Assembly (NCBI GenBank): GCA_038496445.1 | Contig: JALMLS010000466.1 | Span: forward strand, 434,001-498,000 | Source: Trichosphaerium sp. ATCC 40318 | Taxonomy: Eukaryota > Protista > Tubulinea | DNA length: 64,000 nucleotides | Direction of reading: 5' to 3' | Part shown: piece by piece, positions 12,447 through 26,800 of the stretch | Layout: every line of letters begins with the position of its first letter | How positions within the stretch are numbered: position 1 is the first letter of the stretch | Made by a program: the position numbers and the translations under genes | The notes under the pieces: model-generated | The model's input: only the letters and a program-made list of their open reading frames with translations | Told to the model about the DNA's origin: nothing | The model's database searches: none

Positions 12447-14458
12447 TTACTGTGCGAAATTGATAAACTCCTCAAGCAAAAACTGAAGGTTTCGAGGGAA
12501 TGAATAGAGGTGTAAAGTAGAATAAAATTGTGTGACCACACGGTAAATACCGTCTTGAATACCTACAGAAAGAAATAAGAAAGACATGTATAAAATAAAT
12601 TCCAAAAGAAAAAATCAGCGTACATTTTACGACAGCATATGCTGTTGGAACACAAGTCATGGCAACGCCCTGATCGTGCTTGTACTCTTCGTATTTTTGT
12701 AAAGTGGCAAGACCATCAAGTAAAGCTGTAAGAACACGTGGGATTGCATCAGAAGTTTGTACACTTCCGTATGTATCATCAAGTTTTGAGGTTGCAATTA
12801 AAGTTGTAATTGCTTCAATACCCCAGCAAACGCACTCCCAGTCTCCAAATAGAGTATTTTCATTCGTAACAGGTCCATCAAAAGGAAGTAGCTGTGGTAG
12901 ACCTTTATAACCAATAATCCTTGGACCAATAGCATCACCTGGCTTGCTTTGTACAAATTTAAGCATGTATGTCAAATAGTTGAGCGGGTGAATGCAAGCC
13001 TTATCAAACAGTAAATAACAAATTAATTAAGTATGAAAAAAAAAACCAAACAAATAACTTGGATTCCTTTTCCTAGTACGCACGTCAACTGCTGAGTTCC
13101 ATGGCTCAAAAATTTCTTGGTTGCCTGTGCCATAAAACTGTCTTCTTATATTAATACTATCTATAGAACGTTGACGAAGCCAGAAGAATGCGTGGCGCTA
13201 CAAATAGGTGTGAGAAGAGGGAGGTGCTACATGACATTTCATCTTGCTTACACGAAGTAAGTATGCTGGTATGATTTCATCTGCGATAACGTCTTGCTGT
13301 GTGATGACACCAAATCCTGGAAGCATTGCAGACATTAGAGCAGGTAGATCAGCTTGTGTTCCAGTAGGTGTAACGAAGTCGACTTCCTTTATGGAGAGGT
13401 GAGTAAAAGAGAGCAGCAAGTGAAGTTTTCAACAAAAAAATTGATGGATTAAAAACGTACATAGGTGTGTAGGGCTAGTTGTAACCTGCGTGCTGCTGAA
13501 ATGAAAAATATAGTCACGAGAACAGGACCAATGGTGGAGACAGGATTCCATGATGAACCAAAATCCACGCCACGATACAGGAAAAACTCAAAGAAATATT
13601 GAAGTCCTTTAGCTGATAAAACCAAAGGTATTACATCTAGTTCAGTATGACATTAGATGGGATTATTGATTTTTTCCCGGGCTTCACGCACCTCTTAATG
13701 ACTGCGCGATTGCATTACCAGTTCCTCTTTTTACTTGTGTCAGAAGAGGTAGCTTAAAAGATTTTTTAATCATGTGTTTGTGTTGACAGGTGTTTTGTCA
13801 AAAACGCCTTCACGTGGGTTACAAAGTACGTACGTTCACGCGTGGAAACATTGGCATATAATGCTTATTACGCGTTGTCATCAGAATATAATGCGCTGCG
13901 ACTGTAAAACTGACCCAGTACGCGTAAGGATGTCCCATTCGAATACCAAATAAGTAACAGGCTGACAAGGCCATCCATCCTGCTGTAATGGATGATAGTA
14001 TAATTGCTAAATAATCCCGTTACAACTACAACAAAAAAATAGCGCTTTTTTTGAAAAATCAACTTCTCAACTCGTTTGAGAAAGTTTTTGGGACTTTAAA
14101 AAGCTAAAATGAACATGTACCAGGTAGTGGGAATCGTAGCTAATGATACTGTTAGAGTTTGAAGGGAGATAAGGTAACATACCTTTAAAATCCAATGCCA
14201 TAAACAAAATACAAGGGCCGCGCATAAGCAGAAGAACAAGGCGAAATATCGTAGGGTAAAAACGACGACAAGGCAAATCAGAAGCCATACGACTCCATAA
14301 GGTATCATACGCCTCAAAAGGCGTTTGTGGAGTATATCTGATGCTCTCATATGGAACTCGCGTAATTTGGGAAAATTAAGCACTTGTATTGTCATGGGTA
14401 CGTTTTTAGGCTCTCTGATGCGCCTCTGAGGACCATCGAAGTACCGTTGCATCTCCAT
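12447..14458 (-). CDS. NDC1: Nucleoporin Ndc1-like
   Basis: N-terminal transmembrane segments and a C-terminal WGIEAITTLIATSKLDDTYGSVQ...IPRVLTALL...GIYRVVTQF block typical of Ndc1. Confidence 0.7.
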
Positions 14459-14588
14459 TGTGGAAAATTTTTTTCACTCTGTTTATTTGTTAAGTCAGTG
14501 TATTACTCGATCAAATGGATAAGCTGCTTTCTTGGTACAACCATCAAAGAAAAAAAAAACCAAGAGTAGAGAACGTGTTTGTTGGTAT

Positions 14589-16826
14589 TTATTCCTCTTT
14601 GCTACAAATATCAGGTAGACCAAGAGCAATAGCGTGCTGTGTGATACTAGACTTTCTTCGTCTCTTTCTTTGAGGTAGATCTTCAGGAAGCTCTGTCTCG
14701 CATTCTTCGTTGTATTTCCTCTTTCTTTCTTGAGCAATCTGTTCTTTGGCACTTTTGAATTTTTGTATAAGTCTGAGACAAACACTTCCTTGGACTTGTC
14801 TACCTTTGCTTCCAGCAGGACGAAGTGCGTCTCGTTCAACTAAAAACTTGCACAACTCTGATAGGTTACTCTTGCCGAGCTTGACAGACTTCTGGAGTGT
14901 CTTAACCATGACGTATGATTTATCCATGGCATAGTCAAGAATGGCTATTATGCCATTCAATAGCGTGTCGTCTTGTATAATGTCTTCTTCGCTAAATTTA
15001 CAGGACTTTGCCTTCTTCTTGGTTGTCTGAACAGCAAAAAACGTAGAAGCTGTCATGAGACCTTGCTTAACGAGATCCTCTCTAATACCTAAGAAAATAA
15101 CAAGTCAGTACAACCTAAGGTTGATTTTTTGTTTTTTTCCTTACTTTCGGCTTTTGCACTATCTACTTGCGGAATCAATGCTTGGATATCAGTCACGCTG
15201 CTATCTGGAGCTAATCGTCCCTACAATGTATGTTTAGAGTTTATTCAATGTTTGCGTTTGTATTACAGCACGCAGTGCTTCAATGACTTGGTCAATCGGT
15301 TGGGCGACAGGACGTGTTCTTATTTCGGGATCTATATCTTCTTGGTGTAATCCGTAAAAGATCTAAAGAGAAATCACAAAGGAAGCAAAAAAGAAAAAAA
15401 AAAACAGTAGCTATCGTACAGGAGACGGAGGACTTTCGTCGAATACAGCAGAGGTGAATAAAGGCGGAGACATACCGTTACTATTTTGTGACGAAGAAGA
15501 CAGGTCCTGAGATGATTGAGATTCTTTTTGAATCTGGCTATCCGTTGAAATACTCTGACTTTGGTTTTCGAAGTTTCTTCTTGCAATATCTTTGTCAGGT
15601 TTGTCCATTTGCACCTCGCTTTCAGCTGGGCTGCATAGGTCTTCAGACTCGGGAAGCTGATCCACTTCATCAAACTCGCCACGCTCAACTTGAGACTCGG
15701 ATATCTCGGCTGTCTTGATTCTGAAAAGGCGAGTAAAGACGACAGGTAAAAAAATAGAATTCGTACTTTAGCGTGAGGGAATGGTAAGGTGTTTTTATTT
15801 GGCCAATGTGTATTTTTGAAGGTGCAGTCTCGTAGGTTACTTCATCGTTGATTGCTGAGCGGAAATGAGGCGGTTCGTAGTCGTCTGGTGTGTTTTCTCT
15901 GTTTTTTCTATTAGCAGGCAACAAGCAATGCTGGATGGTTGTAGCGTACGTGTAGAATAGCCTCATAGCCAACAGTCTCTGCGGAGGCACTGGTTCGAGT
16001 GTCTGTGTCATGCTTGGATACGTGAGTGGTGTTTAATTAAGGTGTCATATACCATATTAGTCGGCGTAGTAGAGTAGCAGTGGAATGTCGGATCTCGTCC
16101 TACATAGAAAGAGTTATTTTTTCGCGTAGATACTATGTATCTACTTACCTTTGTATGTGCAGCAAATGTCTTTTTATGTTGTTTTGATCCAGTGGTCTAA
16201 TATACGGAATGAGAATAAGAAGGTCCATATCAACAAACTAACTAGTGACATTGAGATATCTTCTGCGTTTGGGTAATCTATCGAAACTAGCACGACGTGT
16301 AAATGTAATTTGCGTAGAGGAAGGCGTACAGTTGTAACTTTCAAGAAGCGTAGAATCATCATCTGGATCCAAGTAGATGCCAAATACGATCTTGCGCAAC
16401 TTGACGATTGATTAGAGTGCGTACGGCTTTCTTAAATCGTACGTATCGTTTCTCAAGTGCATCAAAAGCACCGTTTTCCAACCACACTATAATTTTCTCT
16501 GAGTCACTATCGCGAGGTAGAAGCGTTTTAATATTGATGCCTTAAAACAGTTGAGTACAAATGTCACATTTTACGCGTTAGTGTACCTGCCAATCTCTTA
16601 TCACCGTAGTACACTTCTGGAAATATACCTGATTCGTTAGTGTTATTTACTTTGCAAAATCATACCGCGTAAGTAGCTACACGAAATGTCAGTTGCATTA
16701 GTTTGTTCTGAATACTACACACCATATACTGGAAACTGAGGAGCGTAGCATGTTGCGCATAAGCTTTAGTGATTGGGTACGCGTAGGTACTTGTGGATTA
16801 TGCTGATGTTGCATCATTCGTGACAT
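14589..16826 (-). CDS. HOP1: Meiotic HORMA-domain protein
   Basis: QSLKLMRNML..SVSSICYLRGIFPE, WLENGAFDALEKRYLRKI, MTQTLEPVP, MRLFYT, TPDDYEPPHF; basic C-terminal closure-like motif RRRKSS. Confidence 0.9.
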
Positions 16827-16916
16827 GGTTACTTGATTGTTTAGTAAGGCTTAACAAAGTAATAGCATTAAGTCAGTAATGCGATTTATTATTAGTTTAC
16901 GTGGAGTTTTCGTAAC

Positions 16917-18757
16917 TCATTTTGGCTTAGATTCAGTAACTGTCTCTTTGTTTTCTGGGGTCTTCAAGAATGCTTGATTACCCTTAATATGGCGATTATG
17001 GAAGCGAAATTGCTTTGCTGATCGCGTGCCAAACTGTATTGCTCTTTTAGCTGCTTCAGAGGCAAACTTCAAACCGAGGTTGGTAGCAAGTGTGCGAAGT
17101 ATTTTCTTATCACCAACTCCTATTGGCTCATTTAGATCGCATATCTCGTACAATTGCTTTGAGCGTAGAAACGCCATAACTCTCTCGTCCAAGAAAACCA
17201 ATCTGCTCTCTACAAAAATCAGTCCATGCATCACACCACACAATTTACAACGTACCTTTACCGTTACTGGATATAACGCGATCATCACGGCCCATGTTGC
17301 GTGTCCATATTCTACCAACATCTATATCCAATTCAGCCCCTAATCCAGGCCATCCACCGTTGTTAAACGATGAGCGATGTCTACCATAACCAGCAAGTTG
17401 TTCATCTGCTCCAGAACCCAAAAGTAATACTCGAGCCTTTGACGAATACGGTTTCTCCTCTGTATACTCAATACCAACACCTCTGGCAGATAACCATATA
17501 GCTACAGCTATAGTTACATCCATCACTGTATCAGAAGGCGCCATAGCCTCTGTGACAGTTGGAATGAAAGTCTCCATCTCTGTATTAGAAACATTGACGA
17601 GAACAAGTCTAAACCTATCTTTACCAAACCTTTCTACCAAGTCTTTATAAGATGCAATAGCATTCTTCCTATCAGGTACAGCATTGAAATCTGCACCAGG
17701 TTTTGCAAAAGCAACATTCAACAAGTCAATTGTATGTGTAGGTAATACTTCTCCTGCTAAAGCAGCTACAACTGCAGAGTCAAGTCCACCAGAGAATAGA
17801 ACAGCAACATCGTCTTTTTTAGTATCCTGTACTCTTGCTGTAACAGCCACCTTCATTACGTCATATAGCTCTGTTGACAGTTTCTCCCAGTCTATTTTAA
17901 TACCTTCTGGTGGACCTTGTATTCCACCTCTTGGATCCTTTGTAGGGACATCAAATGGATAATGTTTTGTAACTATGCTATCTGTATCCAAGGAAACTTT
18001 AAACAATCCCGTTGAAATCTCCTTCCAAGCTATAGTAAAACAGTAAGCGATGGGCTTGGTATTTTTAGTGTACATCTTGTTAGTGTATTTTCCACAATGT
18101 CTCCTTGTGGTACGATAGATGAAATGATCAATAAATCAGGTGTCTCATGAATGAGCAAAGAACGTCGTCCAAGAGTATCCCTACCGAACCAACAACTCTT
18201 GGAATCAGGTTGAACTAGTGCCATTGCCCAAGGACCTAGAATACCATTGAATGTGTTGACAAGATCTTGATCATTTCTATCTCCAAGTGTTTTAGCTAGA
18301 TGAATACCATCATTTTCACCTGAAGGCACCTTACAATGTCCGTAAATTTTAAAGGTTTTTTTTGGCTTTTTTCACTCACGTGGATGTTTCCTCCAAATAT
18401 TTCACCGTTCCATGCTAGTAGACCACTTTTTCCAGTATCTAGCGGTTGTATGGTAATACCTGAATACGTTTTGAGGGTGTGTTAATGAAATAATTGTGTA
18501 CCTTCTCCTCTGAGGCCTATTATTGCGTTAATTGGTATTTTTCGCGTAACGACGTACCTAGAACACTTGCAACTAAGGTTACTTCCCAACCATTTATAAC
18601 AACGGTCTTCACTTTGATGCTATCAGGTCCTATACGCGTTGAATACTATCTACAAAGAATATTGTTTTATACCTCGACGGGACAACGGTTCTTTCCATTT
18701 TTCAACATCTGGTGGCTTTGTACCTGCTCTACAAATAATAAGGGTAATTCCGCACAT
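16917..18757 (-). CDS. ASNSD1: Asparagine synthetase domain-containing protein 1
   Basis: MCGI N-terminus, RRGPD, WNGEIF, FGRDTLGRRSLL, LFSGGLDS, IDLLNVAF, LGSGADEQLAGYGRH, RNMGRDDR. Confidence 0.92.
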
Positions 18758-18888
18758 ACCAGTTTGTAGAGGCGTTTCTGCTTTTTCTGTGCGTCAACTT
18801 ATTTCTTGAAGGTTTCTCACACCAATCTCAAGAAACACATTGAGCGTATAAAACTGTGTCTAATATTATTTGTACAATTTATGGGAAA

Positions 18889-21800
18889 ATGAGTACAACA
18901 AACCCAGAACAGCAATTACCCGCGTTTTTATTACGCGTTGGGCGAAGTAGGCATGGATTGGTGCTCGTGAGGGCTTTACATCAAATTGTAGCTGACAATA
19001 AGCTTAACCCACGCTCCCCAATACCCTACATCGGTTTAGTGACGTCCAGACTTGTAACAATAATCGAATCGGCGGAATTTGATTGGCGTGCGCCTTCTAT
19101 GGAAGCAGAGCAACAAATTACAACGAATCTAATCATGCTCCATTCTTGTCTTGAAGTGTACGTCATTTTTTCTCTGTTAAACCAAAATGTTCATAAAATG
19201 AACTAAAACGTATTTAGATCGCCACCACTAGTTATAAAAAAGTCATTCAGCAACTTAGCAAACGTTATATTAACAATTCTATCAAATGGAGGTGAAATGA
19301 ATACAGCTATCACACCAGTGCGTAAAACACACCTACAACCAATTTTTCGATTAAAAATACAAAAAGGCATGCGGTGTAGCTGGTTTAATGCTTCTCCACA
19401 ATTGCAATATTCCAAACGCAAGAACAAGTTGTACAAGTCTTATACGTATTCTATTGGACTTGATTAACAGATCTATAAATGAGAAATTTGTAAGAGCTGC
19501 ATTTGCAGGCACGTGTGTCATGACAAGTTGTCGACAATTTTAGTAACATACTGACGGATTTTCTTTACAGGTTTTAAAGTAGCTATGAGCTCAAAATCAA
19601 ACCCAATGTTAGCAGAGTTTATTGCACAATATACAGAACCTATCATTCTAAAAGCACGTGATACTGATAAACATATCATTCATGCACTTCGATTATTATC
19701 TTGTACTATTCGTGGCATGCCATTGAGCGTACGTTGAACACAAACAGTACTTTTTCTCTTTTTTTCCGTTTGTCTTTGAACTGAGATTTTAAGGTTTGTT
19801 CGTTTTTGATGTGACTCGTTCTCACTAATTATCTTTTTAGGTTACAAAGCCTATTCTTGAAGCACTGTTACGGTTCCCTGGTATTGGTAATCCTAAACTA
19901 ATTCAACTTTCGTTGGAAGTATTCAAATATGTTCTTCTTGATTACAATGACTTGACACCACATATTTTTGATGCACTACTTAAAGCAAAACCAAAAACTT
20001 CCAAAGCCAGTGCAGGTGCAACTTATGCGTATGTCAACGCAGTGTCTCAAGGTATCAAGACACTCTCAACGTACGTAAAAGCAAAGATTTCAAAGAAACA
20101 TTATTTTTGTTGCTGTTTCTGTTCATGTTATTGTGCCTTTTACTGACTATCTACCAGTGGTAACCCTCCAATATTGCTTCAAAAAATAGCGCCATACTTC
20201 GAAAAGGTTATACCTGTTTTTAGAGTTGAGGGTATGGCTGACGAAGTACTAATGATGATGACAACAGTAATTGAAGAGTCACTTACGCCATCAGTAATAT
20301 CGGCTTTCCTCTCTAGCACAACAAACCCAGTTCCTGGACAACAAGTATCTAAAACATCACCAATACGCTCTATTGTATCTTCATTCGAGACTGGACTGTC
20401 TTACGTGTACGTGACGTCAAACAAATTTAGCTCTTTCCAAAAAAACCCACAAAAATTTACGTTGAATTCAGGTTCCACGTTTCTTGGTGTCAAATGCTTC
20501 AAGCCATTGTTGTTTTCTTCAATATGATCCAACAAGCAGTAACTGGAAATCCTACATTTACAACTAGAGCCGCAGAGACATGTGGACCTCTTTTACAAGT
20601 TATTGCTTCATTACATAGCGGTGGTAGCGAAACTATAAAAGCTCCAACACAACACGTCGAAATGGCATTGAAAGCTGGTTTAGAAGCACTCGGCATGCAA
20701 AACTTTCTAAAATTAGTACCTATTGAGTACCCAAAGGTAACTCATCTTGAGAGTCAGTCTTCGAAACATTTCCTAGTTTTTTCTTCTTTTTAGCAAGAAC
20801 TAATTTTTTCCTTTCAGGTGCAAGGTGATGGAAGTGTAACAACTGGATCAAACCTTTTCTTACTTCCTTTTTTTTCACATGCTATTGAGAATCAACCAAT
20901 TCGTGTTTTTTTGAATGAATTCTATCCAGCCATAAACCACGTATCAAAGTGCGTTGAACGTGCTGCTCCTGCAGTACGACAAGGGTTGAATACTATTGAA
21001 GCTCAAATATGGTATCTACTACCAAAGTTTGCAAAAGGAGCTCCAGATATTGCAGAACAGGTACTGTATTTAATCGATAATCATATTTTTTTTTGGGTTC
21101 GGAAATTAGTAAAAATTGAAGTCGTTGTATCTCGCTTTGTGAAAACCAGTTTCTTGTTTTTCTTTCATTTTCTTTAAAATTACTATTTGTATTACTTAAA
21201 AAACATATGTGAATAACATTATATAATCGTGTCATTTGACAAGTAATACTTTTTTCTTCTTACTTTTGATAAACTTTTTCTTTTAGTGGGCAAAACTAAG
21301 TTTCTTTTTTTTTTAGTTTCCTAAGCTAGCTAATATTCTTGGTTCACGATTACAAACCTCACAAGATGTAAATACTATCTGCAAGACATTAAGTAATATT
21401 ATTCGAAGTGTCTGTAACCTACCAGAGGATTCACCAGCAAAAAAAGTAGTTGTAGATTTTGCAAAAAATTTCTTGCCAGTTCTTTTCAACATGTACTTGC
21501 AAGGACCAAATCTCCAAGGAGATATCATACAAACTGCAACTGCATTGTATATTAGAATAAGTCCACAGGAGGTAACAAAACGAAAATTATATAGATCACG
21601 TGACTCACTTTTTAAAATAGTTACAAGCCAACCTTTGGAAAACTGTAATATCAAAGATTTTGGTGTCTCAGAAGAGAATGATTGAAACACAATGTGAAAC
21701 ACCTCTTGCTATGGTTCAAATGCAACGTTTGATTCTTATTTCAAAGGCATTTGTAAAAACAATTAGCCCTGAACAGCGTCACGTTCTTTACTCGACACTT

Positions 21801-23735
21801 CAACCGCTTCTTGAACACAAAGATAGATCTTTACAGAAACGTGCTTGGCAAACAATTGCTGGCTTGGCTAACTTAGATAAACCTTTTGTTGAACAACAAT
21901 GGAGAACGTTACTAGAGACTTACATTAAGTCAAATGAAAAGAGTGCACCTGGAACAGCTTACGTACGTTTTTTGTTGCCGCTCAAAAAAGTGTTTTGTTT
22001 TAAAAACGTTTCGACTTTATTTGTGACTAACGAGTTCCTAGTATCGTTTGCGTGTCTTGTATGCTTTGTTTATGTTCGCGCCAGCGTCTGAATTACCAAT
22101 CCTATTCCGTACTGTAGTACCTTCATTGGTGATTGCAGCAAAGGAAGGAAATGCTAGAGCAAGACAACTTGCAGTAAACACGTTTACAGATTTGATACAA
22201 AACAGACTCATTGTTGACGGTGCTCAAGATAACAGTGATAGAGTGAATGGTATTGTACGAGATTTAATAGCTATGCTTGCAGCAGAATCACCACTAGCAA
22301 TAGCAGCAGTCATTGGTACACAGACACTCTATACCGCGAGTTTTTTTGCTAATTTTTTTCCCCCTAGATATTCTTGCACACATCACAAAGTCGTATCATG
22401 GTACGTTTTTATGAAAAATACAGTCATTTCTTTTCCCTTCATGTATTTTCTTGACATTACGTCCGTCGGAAACTCATGTTTTTTCTACCCAAACGAGGAA
22501 GTTCTCGTTTACTTTTTTTTGTTTTTTTGTCGTTGTTATTCATGGGTTTTTTTTAGAATTGATGGGTCAACAGCTTGTTGGATTATTGCAGACAATAATG
22601 ATCATGTTGGATTCACCAGATACTTCAGTAGCTCATGCTTCTATTGGCTTTATGAAAGTTATTATAAAATCTACTCCAAAGGCTTTCATTGCAGAATATT
22701 TACAGGATATTTTAAGCGGTGTTTTAAGTGATGGTAAAGGTGTTGGTATAACAAAGATGAAGGGTGATATTAAAGTCATTGTTCAGAGTATTATAAAGAA
22801 ATTAGGGTACGAACAAACCAACACAAAACCAAAATAGTTTTCTTATAATTTTCGGGGTTTCTTCCCTGCATAGTTGGTTTTTGTTCGCTAAAGGTTGAAG
22901 CTGTCCTCGTCAGAAACTTATATTTTTTGCTTTAGTATCGATGCAGTATTACAAGCTACTCCTTATGAGCATCATCGATTTATTTCAAACACACGTAAGC
23001 AGATGAGAAGACTTAAAAGACAAAGCAAACAGAAAAAGAAAAACAAGAAAAAAATTAGCTTCGATTTTGATGACGATGATAGCGATGATGAAGAATTATC
23101 ATACTTACAAGTACGCAACTTAAAAAACCACTACTCTTGTGCTCTTCTTTTGACATTAATGGCTGTTTTAGAAATCTACAAAGGGCATTAACCTTCAATC
23201 AACATGGGTTGTTGAAGCTGATACATCAACAGAAGGCATGGATCTTCTTGATTCTTCTGCTGGAAATGCTCATATCCGAGCAACAAATCCAAGATTTCAA
23301 AAATCTCTTCTTAAAACAAAAGAGGAATTCAAATACTCAGATGATGGCCGCTTGATCATTGAAGACCCAGAAGCAGAGGTAAAGTTGGAAAAAAAAAAGT
23401 TTGACTTAGACTTACAAAATCAATAGGGAGCGGATGATGGTAACGACTCAGATTCGGACTCTGATGACGATGTTAGTATGTTGGACGCTAAACGCACACT
23501 TCACAATAGAGGCAAGCGTAAAACGCCTGAGCCTGTTTCCGGTAGAAGGCGTGGACCTTCCATACAAGACGGAAAAAGATATAGAAGTAAGAAGGCTGGT
23601 GGTGATGTAAAACGCGGTAATATGGATCCTTACGCTTACGTTCCACTTGATCCTCGTCTTGTAAACAGAAAGAGACGTAAGCTTGCAGAACGTCACTTCA
23701 AACAGTTGATTCCACCTGGTAAAGACAAGCGATAA
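18889..23735 (+). CDS. RRP12: RRP12-like ribosome biogenesis HEAT protein
   Basis: QIWYLLPKFA, FAKNFLPVLFNMY, LQKRAWQTI, KEGNARAR and the C-terminal GKRYRSKKAGGDVKRGNMDPYAYVPLD signature. Confidence 0.9.
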
Positions 23736-23820
23736 GTATAAACGTAAAAGAAATAAAACAAAATAAAGAAAAAAACTTAAACATTTCAAACTACAATCGT
23801 GTTGTGTATTGTTAGACTGG

Positions 23821-26800
23821 TTAAAACAAGAACATTGAGTCGAATTCTCCATTGTGTAAATCAGCAAGTAGTTCTTTGACATCTTGTTCTTGTTGGTGAT
23901 TGTTAGAACCATTGAAGGCTTTCTGTGGTAGTTGATTGTTATGAGCTTGGATGTTGTGTTTCTTCGGAGTGGAGTAGTTGAACTGGATGCGATTACTCTT
24001 TTGAGGTAGTACTTTTGGTGCAGTTCTAGGGGGTGCTCTAGAAGCTGCTTGAATAGTCTGTTGCTTTGGAGCTGCTACTCTTTTGTAACCATTGTAAGGT
24101 GAATATTGTGGTGGGACTCTATTGTTGTTTTGCTGTTTAGTTACAGCCTGAGTTTGCAGCTTGAACTGGGCAAAGTGATTAAAGCTGGGTGCAAATTTCT
24201 TTGCTACTGTGTGCGTTCCAACTTCCTTCTTTGTGTTTTGGGTTAAGCATGGGCGCTGTGCTCCGTAAGGTTTTGGTGGAGGCGCTTTAACAGTGTAACT
24301 GCTGGTGTTCTTTCGCTGTGGATAAGCGTTGAACCCTGAGTTTTTCTGGGTTAGGTTTTGTGCTCTAGAAAATATATTAAGACTTCAGATAAGAAGTATG
24401 AAAAACAATACCGTGGATTGTGTTTTGCGTTGGCTCCACAATAAAAAGCGCTTCGAGATTGAGCAGGAGTAATCACAGATGGTTGAAAGTTCTGACTTGC
24501 GATGCTTGTTGAGTTATAGCGCCCGGTACCTAGTGGATTATTTCCAAGCTGTACAGCTGGCGCTTTTATCCTCCTACAGCTATAAGTTTTTTCCAAAAGG
24601 GACACCATACCTTAATCCAGGAGTAACAATCATGTTTTCTTTTTTAGCTGCTAGAAGCGAAAGACCAGTTTCGTCTACTGCTAGTCTCTTGTTCGGATAT
24701 TGTTTGTCTAGTAGCTGCGAATTGAATTGAGGTTGCTCACCACTAAAAACAAATGTATCCAAAGTTTGTTGAACCTGAGCAAGCAATCTTAGTGTTGCAG
24801 TAAGAAGAATGAAAGGCGTACATTGGCTGATATCGGGATAGCTGCTTCAGATGGAGGAGGCAGATGCTGTCTATAGAAACGTAAGTGTTAATATCTTTAA
24901 CTTAGAGGTGGGTACCTTCTACGCCGTTTAATACCTCGCTTACAACACTTGTGTTTACAAGTTTGTTTATCTCTACAAGTATGGCGACAAGCAGTCATCA
25001 AGACTAGCAAGTGTTATTAAACACATAAGAGGGTGCCCTACCTGATTGGGAAGAATTGCTGATTTTCGAACCAGAAGTTTGACCATCTGTAGTGCGTCTG
25101 ATTGTCTGTTGATCACTAATGCTGGCCATCGTTGATGTTTGATTGCTCAGCCACGGTATAGGATCAACTCCAACTATGATATTCATCAATTAAGGACAAA
25201 CACACGTACTCACCATATTGGTCATTTACAAGAGTAACTTTGATATCCTCTGTTAATGTTGATTCAATCGGTACTACATAGTTGATTACTTCTGCAGAGG
25301 AATATGTTGGGAACGACTTGACATCAACAAGAGTTGTACTGGAATGGATTAGGAATGCGCAACTTGTTTTGAAAGAAATACCTGTAGCCTACTACCAAAT
25401 ACGTTTTTCTAAAAGCAGTTGCCTTTGGTTTCCTTTTAAGTGTTCTCTTCACTGTAATGGCAAGTACATCCTTGGATTGTTTCTGCTGCTATTGATAAGT
25501 TACTAGAAGAACTAACATATAAACTGTGTACCCTGGTGACATTGATTTGGAATTGAGGTATTTCATCAAGGAACTCAAGCACTCGATCTCCAAAAGGTGG
25601 ATTCCTAGATAAAAACTACTACAATCAGTATTCAGTATAGTTCTAAACTCTCACCATTTCTATTTGGCGTGGATTACATTTAGCTAGTTGTGATAGCGTT
25701 GTGATACCTCTCGTTGCCAGAGTCATGCCAAACGTTGCGCCAATGCTCTTAACTTGTCTTGTTTGATGAGGAAAGTTATCCCACATTTCCTGGACAAAGC
25801 TCTTCCTCCTTGTAAAGTAAGTTGGAAGGTTGATTTCTATTAATGTCACGTACATCTTTAGTATGTTTATGATTCCAGGGTACAGTTTTTGGTCGAGAGC
25901 AAATTGCTCCATTGCAAGTAGAATACGTCTACCTGTTTCAAAAAACTTACGTGCTTCTTGTTTCATTGAAAAGTCTTCAATGTTTTGTTGGTTTAATGAA
26001 GCCTTCGTGCGGTTTGTTAGCTGTCAAATTATGGTTTTAATAGTTTGTTATATTTTGGTACTTGGATGATAGTGTTAATCTTCATATGAGCGTCTTTAAT
26101 TCTACCGTCTAGCTTAAAACGAGATTCCTTGTTTAAAGCATTAAGTGCTTTCTTCTCAGACCGCCTCTTTTAGAAGTGAATGTTAGCGAAACTGTTAGCA
26201 CATATGAAGGCTTACAAGTACGCATGTCTTGAATTCATCAGCTCTTGATATTATGTCGATTACATTATCCATTCCAGTTTCATCCCCAAGTTCAAAAAAC
26301 AACTTCATTGTTTCAAAGCGAAGCTGTGTATATTGTAAGAAAAAAAGCAGAATATAATCAAAAAATGCTTACGTAGAACTTTGCCATGACAATGCCCAAG
26401 TCCATAGCCTTGAAAGAGAAACTATCATTCTCGAACGATATCATATTGTATTCACCGAGGGCTTTCAATTGCTCTAAGCATAGCTCTATTATACAGGTTA
26501 GGAACAAAGTCTGAATACCTTGTACCTTTTATTCGCTGGTGTATTTGGGTATCTGATGAAACACTCTCAAGCCCATAGTACTTTGGGTTCCTCTTGATAC
26601 GTACATAAAGGAATGTAGACTTGATCCACTCGATAGCAGAACCGACATCTGCCATGGCACCGAGAGATATCTCAGCATTTAAATGCTCAACCATTGTAAG
26701 ATGCAAACTACGAGTTGTAAATCCTTTTTCAAATCTTGATGTTGTACCTGCTTTCTATAATTTGCTTTCCGTGCAATACGTTTCTGTACGATGCAGCCTG

